This document shows positions 1 to 8,943 of a stretch of DNA of 64,000 nt, piece after piece. The stretch is from a bacterium. GTDB lineage: Bacteria > Patescibacteriota > Minisyncoccia > Phycocordibacterales > VMGT01. Made by a program: the position numbers and the translations under genes. Position 1 is the stretch's first letter; the number at the start of each line of letters is the position of its first letter. The stretch lies in assembly GCA_030697645.1 (NCBI GenBank), contig JAUYPI010000008.1:4301-68300 (forward strand), in the 5' to 3' direction. The notes below the pieces were generated by a model. That model was not told where the DNA came from, searched no databases, and was given only the letters and a program-made list of their open reading frames with translations.

Positions 1-113
1 CCGACAAGCCGCGGCAGCTTGCAAAGTCGGTGACGGTGGAGTAGCTCTCTTCATCCCTGGCTTATCAACAGCCCTCGCCGTTGTTCCTCTGACCCGCGTG
101 CTATACTATCCGC

Positions 114-368
114 ATGAATGACTCGCTCATTCATGCGGATGCTTTCTTTTTTACGACAACCGTAGCGGTGGTGCTGGTCGCACTTGGGCTCCTCGTGGTG
201 CTTTTCTATCTGATTCGCATCATGCGCGACGCCTCGCAGCTTGCGCGGCGTATGCGAGAGGAAGGCGACGCAATCGCCGATGGCGCAGGGCGATTCCGGC
301 GCACCGTGACGCAATTTTTTGTGCGCACGTCGAGGCGTGCGCGCGGTCGAAAGATACATCATCAGTAG
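114..368 (+). CDS. hypothetical small membrane protein (one TM helix plus charged tail)
   Basis: 84-aa ORF with a hydrophobic segment VAVVLVALGLLVVLFYLI. It is co-directional with the next small ORF. The minus-strand ORF overlapping it has wrong-frame composition. Confidence 0.4.
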   Translation: MNDSLIHADAFFFTTTVAVVLVALGLLVVLFYLIRIMRDASQLARRMREEGDAIADGAGRFRRTVTQFFVRTSRRARGRKIHHQ

Positions 369-379
369 GGTTTATTTTT

Positions 380-802
380 ATGCGACATAAAAAAGCAACG
401 AAAAAACACGCTCGGAGCGTGCGGAGGGCAGAGGCCGCGGGAGTAGGCGCCGGGCTCTCTCTTGCCGCAGCCGCGGCAGGGCTCTACTACCTTGCCGGTA
501 CGCGGCCGGGAAAAAAGGTGCGCCGCACTGTGACGCACATAGCCGAGGATTTGAAACGAGACGTGAGAGGCCGAGTGCGAAAAGTTGGCATCACGACCGA
601 GCGTGCTTATCACCGTCTCGTTGATGAGGCGGCGGGGGCATACGAGCGGGTGAGCGATATAGATACGCGGGAGCTCCGCGCCGCAGCGCGGAAAGTGAAA
701 GGCGAGTGGCGCGCGCTCAGTCGCGACGTCGGCAGCGCGGTGAAAAAGGCACGCCGTGTCGCGAAGCGCGTCGGGGCGAGTCGCAAGGGGGCACGAAGGT
801 AG
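380..802 (+). CDS. hypothetical basic (Lys/Arg-rich) protein with N-terminal hydrophobic segment
   Basis: 140-aa ORF followed by a strong GC hairpin (823-855), consistent with a terminator. No recognisable domain. Confidence 0.4.
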   Translation: MRHKKATKKHARSVRRAEAAGVGAGLSLAAAAAGLYYLAGTRPGKKVRRTVTHIAEDLKRDVRGRVRKVGITTERAYHRLVDEAAGAYERVSDIDTRELRAAARKVKGEWRALSRDVGSAVKKARRVAKRVGASRKGARR

Positions 803-822
803 CACGGATGTACGCGTTTGAT

Positions 823-855
823 CCCCCTCCGACATTCGATGTCGGAGGGGGGGGG
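823..855 (+). terminator. rho-independent terminator-like hairpin (CCCCCTCCGACA-ttcga-TGTCGGAGGGGG)
   Basis: Perfect 12-bp GC-rich stem immediately after the 380-802 ORF. Confidence 0.5.
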
Positions 856-1113
856 ATAACCATGTACTCGTACGGAACGCCCGGCTATTGTTATGGTAGT
901 GCGACGATGCCAGCTTTGGCATCTCGTATCCACAGCATGAGCATGCGTTATGGATATCTTTTCTATAGACAGCAGCATATCTGAATCGTTTCCCGACGAT
1001 CTCAAGGCGCAGCTGTGGGCACTTTGCCTCGATCGGGGAAACATGATTCAATACCTATCGGCGTGAGGTACAGGAACAGCAATGGAAAATCATTCGGGCG
1101 GAAGGAGGTTCCG

Positions 1114-1599
1114 ATGGAGAAGCCTAAAGGCGCAAGCATGTTCTTTATCAACCGAGAGGACAACATCCTGCTCTTTTTACGGGATAAGTATCCTATCGTA
1201 CCCAAGGATAAATATCCGAATATGTGGGACGTGCTCGGCGGGCACGTTGAGGATGAAAGCCCGCTTGAGTGCATCAGGCGCGAGATGCAGGAAGAGCTCG
1301 GGTTGTATATTAGCATGCCGTTGCTGCTCGGTGTTATTGAGTTTCCTGACAGGACGGACCATGTTTTTTGTGAATTCCTGTGGAACGATGATGTGAATCG
1401 ACTAAACAAAAAACTTACAGAGGGTCAGCGTGTCTGTTGGTTTGGCCTTGATGAGATCCGCAAGATGGATCTGGCCTACGGATGGCAACCCCATGTAATC
1501 GCATTTCTTGAACATAAAAAGCGTGTGCGTAGCGCCGATTTTGATCCGTGCTCGCCCGAACAGGCACTCGCCCGCGACCGAGCTTGGGGTTTTAGGTAG
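1114..1599 (+). CDS. NUDIX hydrolase
   Basis: Nudix box GGHVEDESPLECIRREMQEELGL (GX5EX7REUXEEXGU). An AGGAGG Shine-Dalgarno sits 6 nt upstream of the ATG at 1114. Confidence 0.8.
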   Translation: MEKPKGASMFFINREDNILLFLRDKYPIVPKDKYPNMWDVLGGHVEDESPLECIRREMQEELGLYISMPLLLGVIEFPDRTDHVFCEFLWNDDVNRLNKKLTEGQRVCWFGLDEIRKMDLAYGWQPHVIAFLEHKKRVRSADFDPCSPEQALARDRAWGFR

Positions 1600-1849
1600 T
1601 CTTCGATTTACCAACACTCCATACAGTTCTGAACTCTCATGAGAATGGCCCGCAACAGAAGCGCTGTCTCGGCCATCTCTGACGCAGAGCACTCTCAGAT
1701 ACCGCGCACACTTTGCGTGTAAACCCCGATAGTTCGCTGTCGGGGTTTGTCTTTGGTCTACCTTTGATGCATTTTTTAGCATCGACAGGCGGCTGTGTTT
1801 TAGCATCGGCGTAGCATTTACGCATTGTGCTGGCGTTCGATAGCGCGCA

Positions 1850-2030
1850 CCCATTCAAAATTTCATGCCCTAGCGAAAGGCGTTTTTGAAATGGCGAGCC
1901 GAGTAGCAAAATGCAGCTGTCTGAGGCCGAGCCCCGAGGGGGAGGCCGAGTTCTGCATTTTGCGTCAAGCGAGGCGACACCATTTCTAAACGCCGAAGCT
2001 CGAGCATGAAATTTTGAATGGGTAAGCGCC
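1850..2030. repeat. about 180-bp nested imperfect palindrome upstream of mraZ
   Basis: Outer arms ACCCATTCAAAATTTCATGC / GCATGAAATTTTGAATGGGT. Middle arms GCGTTTTTGAAATGGCG / CGACACCATTTCTAAACGCC. Inner arms GCAAAATGCAG / CTGCATTTTGC around a GC core GAGGCCGAGCCCCGAGGGGGAGGCCGAG. Confidence 0.7.
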
Positions 2031-2077
2031 GTTATCCACAGGTTGTCCACTTTTTGTGCACAATGAGGCACTTGCGG

Positions 2078-2127
2078 TGTGGGATGTGGTGGCATACACT
2101 TTCCAATAAGTGGGATACGGTGGGAAG
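2078..2127 (+). promoter_or_regulatory. putative MraZ operator: three in-phase TGGGA direct repeats
   Basis: TGGGA at 2080, 2111 and 2121 (spacings of 31 and 10 bp, in helical phase), directly upstream of mraZ. In E. coli, MraZ binds phased TGGGN repeats. Confidence 0.45.
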
Positions 2128-2144
2128 TAATCCCCACTGGTTGT

Positions 2145-2579
2145 ATGTTAATCGGAGAGTATGTGCACACGCTCGATGCGAAAAAGCGGCTGTCACTGCC
2201 GGCTAAATTCCGCAAAGAGCTCGGCAAGCACGTAGTCGTTACGAACGGGCTCGACGGGTGTTTATTTATCTATCCCCTTGCCGCATGGGAGGTCGTCAGC
2301 AAGAAGTTTGCGGCGCTCTCGATGGGGCAGGCGGATAGGCGCTCTTTGAGCCGCTTCATGCTCGCAGGCGCAGTCGAAGGAGAGATAGATGCGGTCGGGC
2401 GTGTGCTCATCCCCGATTTTCTCAAAGAGTTTGCGAAGTTGAAAAACAAAGTGATTGTCGCCGGCGTCTACGACCGTGTCGAGGTGTGGAACGATAAGCT
2501 TTGGCAGGAGTACAAGCGGCGGGTGGAAAGACAGGCGGATACGCTCGCTGAAAAGTTGGGAGACGTCGGAGCTTTATAG
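2145..2579 (+). CDS. mraZ: transcriptional regulator MraZ
   Basis: MLIGEYVHTLDAKKRLSLPAKFR matches the MraZ N-terminus (D-x-KGR-L-x-P). There are two SpoVT/AbrB-like halves and rsmH follows. Confidence 0.85.
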   Translation: MLIGEYVHTLDAKKRLSLPAKFRKELGKHVVVTNGLDGCLFIYPLAAWEVVSKKFAALSMGQADRRSLSRFMLAGAVEGEIDAVGRVLIPDFLKEFAKLKNKVIVAGVYDRVEVWNDKLWQEYKRRVERQADTLAEKLGDVGAL

Positions 2580-2620
2580 ACGTAAAACCGAGCGTCGAGA
2601 TTTTAATGGAGCATTACAGT

Positions 2621-2752
2621 CAAATTTTCAATTTTCAATGCTCAATTTTCAATAAATTTTCAATGTTTCAATGACGGACGACGTTGGCGTCGTGTTTGAA
2701 AATTGATTCATTGGAAAATTGATTGAAAATTGAAAATTGTGAATTGAAAATT
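2621..2752. repeat. ATTTTCAA-word palindromic element (family A) with ACGACGTTGGCGTCGT core
   Basis: Left arm is tandem (A)ATTTTCAAT units. The centre is GACGGACGACGTTGGCGTCGTGTTTG. The right arm is the reverse complement (ATTGAAAAT units). Confidence 0.8.
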
Positions 2753-2759
2753 GGTACGC

Positions 2760-3647
2760 ATGCACATCCCGGTCTTACTGCACGAAGTTCTCCAGTTCCT
2801 TTCAATTAAAAAAGGCGAGACGGTTCTCGACGCTACCGCGGGCGGCGGCGGGCACACGAGAGCGCTCTCGGATGCAGTCGGCGCGAAGGGAAAAGTCATT
2901 GCGATTGACGCCGACTCGAGCGCGCTCGCGCGGGTGCGCGATGGTCTCCGAGGAGCGGCGTGTCGCGCCGAGTTTATTCACGGAAATTTTCGCGATCTCG
3001 GCGAAATGCTTCAGGGTCGCGGCATCAGTGCGATAGACAAAGCGCTCTTTGACCTCGGTCTCTCGAGCGACCAGCTCGAGTATTCGGGGAGAGGGTTTAG
3101 CTTTGAGCGCGATGAGCCGCTCTTGATGACGTTTGCGGATCGAACGCCCGAGGGTACGCTCACGGCCTACGAGATCGTCAATAGTTGGGGCGAGGGTGAG
3201 CTTGTCGATATCCTGCACGTCTACGGTGAGGAGCGGCGGGCGAGGGGTATTGTGCGGGCAATCGTCGCAGCGCGCAAGATTCGTCCTATTGGAACGACTC
3301 GTGAGCTCGTGCGCGTGATTGAGGGTGTTGCGCCGCCGCGAGAGATGGGGCGCATCCATCCGGCGACGAAAACATTCCAGGCGCTGCGTATAGCGGTCAA
3401 TGATGAGATTGGCGCGCTTGAGGAAGGGCTCGACGCGGCGTTTAAGGCCCTGCGAGCAGGCGGAAGAATGGCGGTCATCTCATTCCACAGCATCGAGGAC
3501 CGAACAGTCAAGCACTACTTTGCTGACCTCGCGCGATCCGGCAGAGTGAACCTTTTAACAAAAAAACCAATCACGCCGACCGAGACGGAAGTCTCCACCA
3601 ACCGCCGTTCACGGAGTGCAAAGATGAGGGCGATCGAGAAAGCGTAA
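2760..3647 (+). CDS. rsmH: 16S rRNA (cytosine1402-N4)-methyltransferase RsmH
   Basis: MHIPVLLHEVL N-terminus and a SAM-binding motif DATAGGGGH. Canonical position after mraZ. Confidence 0.9.
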   Translation: MHIPVLLHEVLQFLSIKKGETVLDATAGGGGHTRALSDAVGAKGKVIAIDADSSALARVRDGLRGAACRAEFIHGNFRDLGEMLQGRGISAIDKALFDLGLSSDQLEYSGRGFSFERDEPLLMTFADRTPEGTLTAYEIVNSWGEGELVDILHVYGEERRARGIVRAIVAARKIRPIGTTRELVRVIEGVAPPREMGRIHPATKTFQALRIAVNDEIGALEEGLDAAFKALRAGGRMAVISFHSIEDRTVKHYFADLARSGRVNLLTKKPITPTETEVSTNRRSRSAKMRAIEKA

Positions 3648-3649
3648 AG

Positions 3650-3762
3650 TGTAAAACGAAAAACGCAAAACAACAACGCAAAACCTAAAACAGAACGAAC
3701 ACAGCAGCCGTTTTGAATTTTGTACTGTTGTTTTTCGCTTTTGCTTTGCATTTTTCGTTGCT
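3650..3762. repeat. CAAAACG-word palindromic element (family F)
   Basis: Left arm GTAAAACGAAAAACGCAAAACAACAACGCAAAACC, right arm CGTTTTGAATTTTGTACTGTTGTTTTTCGCTTTTGC, followed by GCTGACGTCTGACGTTAGG. Confidence 0.6.
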
Positions 3763-3779
3763 GACGTCTGACGTTAGGT

Positions 3780-4145
3780 ATGTCCCATAGATTAACTAGA
3801 TCAAATCAGTCTCATAGTCGAGTTATCGCACTCGCCTACTCTCGCGCGCTGCCGCTCGGTCTTCTTGTCATACTATGCGGTCTTGCGCTGCTGGCGCTCG
3901 CTTCCTATGGGTACTATTTGAATAAGGCCGTCGAGTATGCGTCGTTGCGCGCATCAAGCGAGGAGGAGCGCTCACGGCTCTCTGCGGTGGTCGCCCATCT
4001 TGAGGCTAAGCGCGCTCTGCTCGTCGCCTCGCTTACCCTCGATCGTGCCCGCGAGCTCGGCCTTCTCGAGGCCGCATATCCGATCTTCCTCACCCGCGGC
4101 GAGGAGAGGACGTTGTCGCTTGCTGCAGGCACTGAAGGATTGTAA
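3780..4145 (+). CDS. FtsL-like cell-division protein (single-TM, coiled-coil)
   Basis: 121 aa with an N-terminal TM helix LGLLVILCGLALLALASYGYYL. It sits between rsmH and ftsI, as in dcw clusters. No significant sequence motif was recognised. Confidence 0.5.
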   Translation: MSHRLTRSNQSHSRVIALAYSRALPLGLLVILCGLALLALASYGYYLNKAVEYASLRASSEEERSRLSAVVAHLEAKRALLVASLTLDRARELGLLEAAYPIFLTRGEERTLSLAAGTEGL

Positions 4146-4152
4146 GCAAATT

Positions 4153-4232
4153 TGAGCTTTTAGCTTATAGCTGTTAGCTTTTAGCACGACGTCGGAGCCT
4201 CTCAAGAGCTAACAGCTATAAGCTAAAAGCTT
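4153..4232. repeat. AGCTTTTAGC/AGCTGTTAGCT-word palindromic element (family C) with CACGACGTCGG core
   Basis: GAGCTTTTAGCTTATAGCTGTTAGCTTTTAGCACGACGTCGGAGCCTCTCAAGAGCTAACAGCTATAAGCTAAAAGCTT. Confidence 0.8.
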
Positions 4233-4244
4233 GTACACCGTGGT

Positions 4245-5987
4245 ATGGTTGTTCCCCCGAAGCGCTCGGCCCCTGTGAAGGTGAAGTCGCGCAGTACACG
4301 TCTCGCAATTCTCTCCACTTCGCTCTGCATTGCCGCGCTTGCGCTCGTCCTCCGGCTCTATATGGTGCAGATCGTGCGCGGCGAAGAATTCGCCGAGCGC
4401 GCTGACCGACAGTACGTGCGTCCGCAGTCGCTCTTCGACCGCGGTTCTATTTTTTTTACCGCGCGCGACGGCGAGCGCGTCGCTGCGGCGACGCTTGGAA
4501 GCGGGTTTGCTGTTGCGATCTCCCCGGACGCGATCGTCGACCCCGAGGCGACGTTCTTGAAACTCTCGAGCACTCTTCCTGAGCTCTCTCGCGACGAGTT
4601 TCTTTCGCGCGCATCACGCCGGGGCGATCCGTACGAGCGCATTGCGGAGAAGCTCACCGAGGGCGAAGCCTCAACGATCCGCGCGATGGAGCTTCCGGGG
4701 GTCACGATCGAGCGCGATCGTTGGCGTATATACCCGGGTGGCGCGGGCGCTGCGCATGCGCTGGGCTTTATTGGTTTTGAAGGAGATGAAAGGAAGGGCC
4801 GCTACGGACTCGAACGCTACTATGAGGACGTGCTTGGGCGCAGCGAAGGTGCGCTCGCGGTTAACTTTTTTGCCGAACTTTTCGCCGGGGCAGGCACGGC
4901 GCTCCGCGGTGCGGAGCATGCGCGTGGCGATCTTGAACTCACCATCGAGCCGTCGGTCGAGGCGGCGCTGGAGAGGGAGCTTGCGGAAGTTACCGCAACG
5001 TGGCATACAGCGGGTACTGGCGGGATTATCATGGATCCGAAAACAGGGGCCGTCATGGCGATGGCTGCGGAGCCGACGTTTAATCCCAATGAATTTGCAG
5101 AGGCCGATTCTGCTTCATTCGCAAATCCGTTGGTCGAACATGTATTCGAGATGGGCTCAATAATTAAACCCCTGACTCTTGCCGCCGGGCTCGATGCCGG
5201 TGTTATAACCCCGGAGAGCACGTACTATGACGCCGGTTCGCTCACGCTCGACACCTGGACGATTTCAAACTTCGACGGCAAGGGGCGCGGCAGAGTCTCG
5301 ATGCAGACGGTGCTGAACGAGTCTTTGAACACGGGCGCTGCGTATGTCGCCTTGAAGCTCGGCAGTGCCCGCTTTGCCGAGTATTTTCGCCGATACGGCC
5401 TCGGCGAGGAAACCGGCATAGACGTGCCGAATGAAACGCGGGGCCTCCTCGGCAACCTCGACAGCCCCCGCTCGATTGAGTACGCGACCGCATCTTTCGG
5501 GCAAGGGATCGCGCTCACCCCTATCGGCACCGCACGCGCGCTCGCCTCGCTTGCAAACGGAGGGCTGCTCGTCACGCCTCATGTCGTCGCACGGGTAGCG
5601 ACAGACCTCGGCGTCGCGCAGAGCGCGCCGGCCGCCCATCCACCCGAGCGCATCCTCTCCGCAAAAGCTGCCGAGGAGATCACGCGCATGCTGGTGAAAG
5701 TCGTTGACGAGGCGCTCGTCGGTGGTGCTGCGAGCCTGCCGCACTACTCTATCGCGGCAAAAACAGGCACCGCCCAGATTGCAAATTCAGAGGACGGCGG
5801 CTATTATGAAGACAGGTTCCTCCACGCATTTTTTGGCTATTTTCCGGCGTACGATCCGCGTTTCCTCATTTTTTTCTACGCACGGGAGCCGCAGGGCGTA
5901 CGGTACGCCTCCCAGACGCTCACCACGCCGTTTATGGACCTTGCGAGATTTCTGATCGGGTATTATGAAATAGCGCCGGACCGCTAA
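4245..5987 (+). CDS. ftsI: penicillin-binding protein 2 / FtsI transpeptidase
   Basis: N-terminal TM helix and dimerisation domain. Transpeptidase motifs SIIKP (SxxK), SLN (SxN) and KTGTAQ (KTG). Confidence 0.9.
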   Translation: MVVPPKRSAPVKVKSRSTRLAILSTSLCIAALALVLRLYMVQIVRGEEFAERADRQYVRPQSLFDRGSIFFTARDGERVAAATLGSGFAVAISPDAIVDPEATFLKLSSTLPELSRDEFLSRASRRGDPYERIAEKLTEGEASTIRAMELPGVTIERDRWRIYPGGAGAAHALGFIGFEGDERKGRYGLERYYEDVLGRSEGALAVNFFAELFAGAGTALRGAEHARGDLELTIEPSVEAALERELAEVTATWHTAGTGGIIMDPKTGAVMAMAAEPTFNPNEFAEADSASFANPLVEHVFEMGSIIKPLTLAAGLDAGVITPESTYYDAGSLTLDTWTISNFDGKGRGRVSMQTVLNESLNTGAAYVALKLGSARFAEYFRRYGLGEETGIDVPNETRGLLGNLDSPRSIEYATASFGQGIALTPIGTARALASLANGGLLVTPHVVARVATDLGVAQSAPAAHPPERILSAKAAEEITRMLVKVVDEALVGGAASLPHYSIAAKTGTAQIANSEDGGYYEDRFLHAFFGYFPAYDPRFLIFFYAREPQGVRYASQTLTTPFMDLARFLIGYYEIAPDR

Positions 5988-5989
5988 TT

Positions 5990-6025
5990 TTGAGCTTTTA
6001 GCTTGTAGCTGTTAGCTTTTAGACC
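5990..6025. repeat. family C half-element (left arm only)
   Basis: TTTTGAGCTTTTAGCTTGTAGCTGTTAGCTTTTAGACCG is present but no matching right arm follows. Confidence 0.5.
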
Positions 6026-6133
6026 GTTTGTTTCGATAAATTTTCGCAAACCTGTGTCATTTTGGTATATACAACGCTTGCATAACGTCAAGCTGCTGCT
6101 GCGATGTTATCCACAGCGGCGTTATTTGCGCCT

Positions 6134-6598
6134 ATGCCTCTCCACATAAAAATCATTACCCCCGAGCGCGTGGTGCTTGAGGAAGATGTTGACTCGCTTT
6201 CGCTTCCGACGCCGGATGGCGAGATCACCGTGCTGCCGAACCATCGGCCGCTTGTGTCTCTGCTTGCGACCGGAGCGATGACGTTGCGGAAAGGCGGAGA
6301 AGAATCACACCTTGCCTCTTCCGGCGGCTTTGTCGAGATTCTGCCGGACTCCGAAGTACGCATCCTCGCCGACTCTGCAGAGCGCGCCGAGGAACTTGCG
6401 CTCGAGAAGGTGGAGGAAGCGCGGGTACGTGCCGAGGAGGCGCTCCAAGGCAAGCGGTTCGCCGACGAGGGTGGCCACGCGGCGCTCCTCGGGTCCCTCG
6501 AGCGCGAGCTCGCGCGGCTCAAAGTGCTGCGGCGATCTGCGAGAGTTCGTAGACAGCAGCACGAAGACATGCATACGGGAGGATCAGTGCAGGAATAA
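6134..6598 (+). CDS. atpC: F-type ATP synthase epsilon subunit
   Basis: MPLHIKIITPERVVLEEDVDSLSLPTPDGEITVLPNHRPLVSLL matches the epsilon beta-sandwich, and a C-terminal helical hairpin follows. No other atp genes are adjacent. Confidence 0.75.
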   Translation: MPLHIKIITPERVVLEEDVDSLSLPTPDGEITVLPNHRPLVSLLATGAMTLRKGGEESHLASSGGFVEILPDSEVRILADSAERAEELALEKVEEARVRAEEALQGKRFADEGGHAALLGSLERELARLKVLRRSARVRRQQHEDMHTGGSVQE

Positions 6599-6646
6599 GA
6601 AATTGTCTGGAATCCGTTTTTATCCACATGTCATTAACGAATAGAA

Positions 6647-6682
6647 TTTGCAATAACCATGCGACCGCATTGTTATTGCAAA
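6647..6682. repeat. 36-nt conserved palindrome TTTGCAATAAC-catGCGACCGCat-TGTTATTGCAAA (copy 1 of 3)
   Basis: 11-bp inverted arms around a conserved GCGACCGC loop. Near-identical copies at 35845-35880 and 61963-61998. Confidence 0.8.
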
Positions 6683-6696
6683 TCTCTTAAAACCAC

Positions 6697-7143
6697 ATGG
6701 CGCAACATTACACCTGTCCTGCCGTCGTTTTTCTCTGTATTGATTGGCGTCTCCATCCGGACGCCGATAATTATTTTCGCGAGAAATTCGGGAGCTTTGA
6801 TCCGCCGACGACCGCGGGCGGCATCAAAGATTTTTTTGCCGAGGACGGAGGCGAAGGCTACCTTGTGAGCCAGCTCGTAAAGTCAATCCTGCTCCACGAC
6901 CCGGAGGAGATCGTGCTCACGATCCACACGGACTGCGGCGCTTATGGCGGCTCCAAGGCATTCGACTCGCGCGAGGATGAGCTTGCGCACCATCGCCGTG
7001 AGCTTGCGCGCACCGCGGCGCTCATTCTAGAGAAGTACCCGGCGAAGCACATCTCAACGTACATCCTCGACCTCGCCCCAGCCGAGAGTGGCTGGCACAC
7101 CAGGGCGATTCCGGTTACGACGGAGATGCCCGCATCCATTTAG
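6697..7143 (+). CDS. beta-carbonic-anhydrase-like protein
   Basis: CIDWR and HTDCGAYGG match the beta-carbonic-anhydrase zinc-ligand motifs (CxDxR ... HxxCG). Only 148 aa, so shorter than typical. Confidence 0.5.
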   Translation: MAQHYTCPAVVFLCIDWRLHPDADNYFREKFGSFDPPTTAGGIKDFFAEDGGEGYLVSQLVKSILLHDPEEIVLTIHTDCGAYGGSKAFDSREDELAHHRRELARTAALILEKYPAKHISTYILDLAPAESGWHTRAIPVTTEMPASI

Positions 7144-7270
7144 CACGAGAGTGTTAGCAGCTTCTCTTTGATTCAGTTATACCGTCGCAGTCTTCGCTCT
7201 CGCGGACACCACGCGGTTTGGCATGAAAACGATTACGACGTAGTAGTCCGTCCGTCATGCCGCAGAGCTT

Positions 7271-7330
7271 GCTTGGCGGTTCGTGATTTTGGAAATTGTC
7301 TTCCAAATTGGAGCTTTGGAACTTGGAAAT
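7271..7330. repeat. TTGGAAATT-word short palindromic element (family B)
   Basis: GATTTTGGAAATTGTCTTCCAAATTGGAGCTTTGGAACTTGGAAATTCG, immediately upstream of scpB. Confidence 0.6.
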
Positions 7331-7344
7331 TCGACTTTTGCCCC

Positions 7345-7887
7345 ATGCCTTTTCTCGAAACACACATTGAAGCCATACTATTTTACGTTACCGAACCCAT
7401 GTCGGTCGGCGAGTTAGCATGCCTGTTTGCATGTACGACTGCGGAGATAGAAATAGCGCTCACGGCGCTCGATGCCGCGCTTGCGGAGCGTGGAGTGCGG
7501 TTGGTGCGAATCGGCGAGAGCGTCGAGCTCCGCGCCGCGAGAGAGGCTGCGCCGCTCATTGAGAAACTCCGGCAGGACGAACTCTCGCGCGAGCTCTCGC
7601 GCGCTTCGCTTGAAACGCTCGCGGTCGTACTCTACCAGGGCCCGGTGACGCGATCCGAGATCGAGTATATCCGCGGCGTGCAGTCGCAGAGCTCAATCCG
7701 GTTGCTCGCGGGCCGCGGGCTCATTCAAAAAATATCGGAGTATGGGAGCAAACGCGGCACCTTCTATCGCGCGACCACCGAGGCGCTGGCGCATGTTGGG
7801 TTGAGTAGGGTAGAGGAGTTGCCCGACTACGAGAAGACGCAGGCAGTATTAAAGCAAAACGGGCGTGAAGAAGTGCAGGCATTTTAA
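7345..7887 (+). CDS. scpB: segregation and condensation protein B
   Basis: A winged-helix pair typical of ScpB (EAILFYVTEPMSVGELA ... ETLAVVLYQGPVTRSEIEYIRGV). Confidence 0.8.
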   Translation: MPFLETHIEAILFYVTEPMSVGELACLFACTTAEIEIALTALDAALAERGVRLVRIGESVELRAAREAAPLIEKLRQDELSRELSRASLETLAVVLYQGPVTRSEIEYIRGVQSQSSIRLLAGRGLIQKISEYGSKRGTFYRATTEALAHVGLSRVEELPDYEKTQAVLKQNGREEVQAF

Positions 7888-7895
7888 ATTCGACA

Positions 7896-8903
7896 TTGCG
7901 TCTCATTGAGATGCCACAGTATACTGGCGCTATGCGTAAAAGCCTTGCCCAACTCAATCTTCCGCGCTACTGCAGCGAGCTCGGTGTGCCGCTTGCGTCC
8001 TGCCCGCCGTTTCTTTTTATCATCATGGGCGTCGTGGTTATCGGCGCGATACTCGGTACGTACGCGGTGGCGCAGCGGTACGCAGAACCCGAGATTGCGG
8101 TGCTCATCATGCTTGCGCTCGCCGCGTTTCTGTTTGTCGTCGGGTACCTTATCATTGGCGCGTTTGAAAAATTGGCCGATTCGCGAGCGCGCGAGCGTCG
8201 TCAGGCCACCGAACTTCTCACGCTGAAGGATCAATTTGTGTTCCTCGCTGCCCACGAGCTCCGCGCACCGGCAACGGCAATCAAATGGGCGGTTGAATCC
8301 CTCGAGACCAACACACCAGAACTGGTCTCCAAAAATAAAGAGGAAATCCGACTGATTGTGCAAAATACGATGCGCCTCTTGGGCCTCGTGCATGATATTC
8401 TCGAGACTGCGCGGCTCGAGAGTCAGGCGCTGCGCATTTCTCTCCAGCCGACGCAACTCGGTGATATTATAGAGCAGGCGACCTCTTCAGTGCGTAATCT
8501 TGCTCAGGCACATGGAGTTACCGTTGTCTCCCGGTTGGAGGGGAATGTACCGCGTGTCAGTGCGGACCCCCTGCGACTTGGCGCGGTGTTCACCAATCTT
8601 CTTTCGAACGCGATTAAGTTTAGCGAACGCGGCAGCGAGGTTGAGATTACGGCGCTCACGAGTGAGAAGACCGTCGCCGTGGACGTCGTTGACCACGGGG
8701 TGGGTATCGCGAAGGACGACCAACCACACATTTTTGAAAAATTTTGGCATGGCGTCGGAACGATCGTATCGGTGGAACACAGCGGCCTTGGCCTTTTTAT
8801 CACGAAACAGCTCGTCCAACTTATGGGGGGTTCGATACGATTCGCCTCGGAGCAGGGCGAAGGTTCGACGTTCACCGTTGAGCTCAAGCGCGCGGAGGGG
8901 TGA
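7896..8903 (+). CDS. sensor histidine kinase (2 TM, HisKA + HATPase_c)
   Basis: H-box AAHELRAP, then N/G1/G2 boxes (LLSNAIKFS, DHGVGI, GLGLFITKQLVQLMGG). No response regulator is adjacent. Confidence 0.85.
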   Translation: MRLIEMPQYTGAMRKSLAQLNLPRYCSELGVPLASCPPFLFIIMGVVVIGAILGTYAVAQRYAEPEIAVLIMLALAAFLFVVGYLIIGAFEKLADSRARERRQATELLTLKDQFVFLAAHELRAPATAIKWAVESLETNTPELVSKNKEEIRLIVQNTMRLLGLVHDILETARLESQALRISLQPTQLGDIIEQATSSVRNLAQAHGVTVVSRLEGNVPRVSADPLRLGAVFTNLLSNAIKFSERGSEVEITALTSEKTVAVDVVDHGVGIAKDDQPHIFEKFWHGVGTIVSVEHSGLGLFITKQLVQLMGGSIRFASEQGEGSTFTVELKRAEG

Positions 8904-8904
8904 G

Positions 8905-8940
8905 TTGAGAGAGTAGAAAGTGGAGGGTGAAAAGTAGAAC
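8905..8940. repeat. GAGAGAGTAGAAAGTGGAG motif (copy 1 of 2)
   Basis: Shared with 29143-29176. Both copies directly follow the stop codon of a plus-strand gene (histidine kinase; rpoD). Confidence 0.5.
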
Positions 8941-8943
8941 GCG

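Noticed and set aside
362-1051. 229-aa minus-strand ORF overlapping the two small plus-strand ORFs
   Set aside because: Arg/Ser/Pro/Cys-rich composition typical of an out-of-frame read of high-GC DNA. It overlaps better-supported plus-strand ORFs and a terminator hairpin.
1637-2227. 196-aa minus-strand ORF upstream of mraZ
   Set aside because: It runs through the 180-bp nested palindrome and the MraZ-box region. The composition looks wrong-frame and there are no domain hits.
2621-2752. CRISPR array (tandem ATTTTCAA-type repeats here and at similar loci)
   Set aside because: The repeat units are 8-10 nt and directly contiguous with no spacers. The arrays are mirrored as inverted repeats around a core, and no cas genes are present.
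6647-6682. the 36-nt palindrome as a sigma-70 promoter (TTGCAA-17 nt-TATTGC)
   Set aside because: The putative -10 (TATTGC) lacks the invariant final T and the element is symmetric. Promoter function is not supported by sequence alone.
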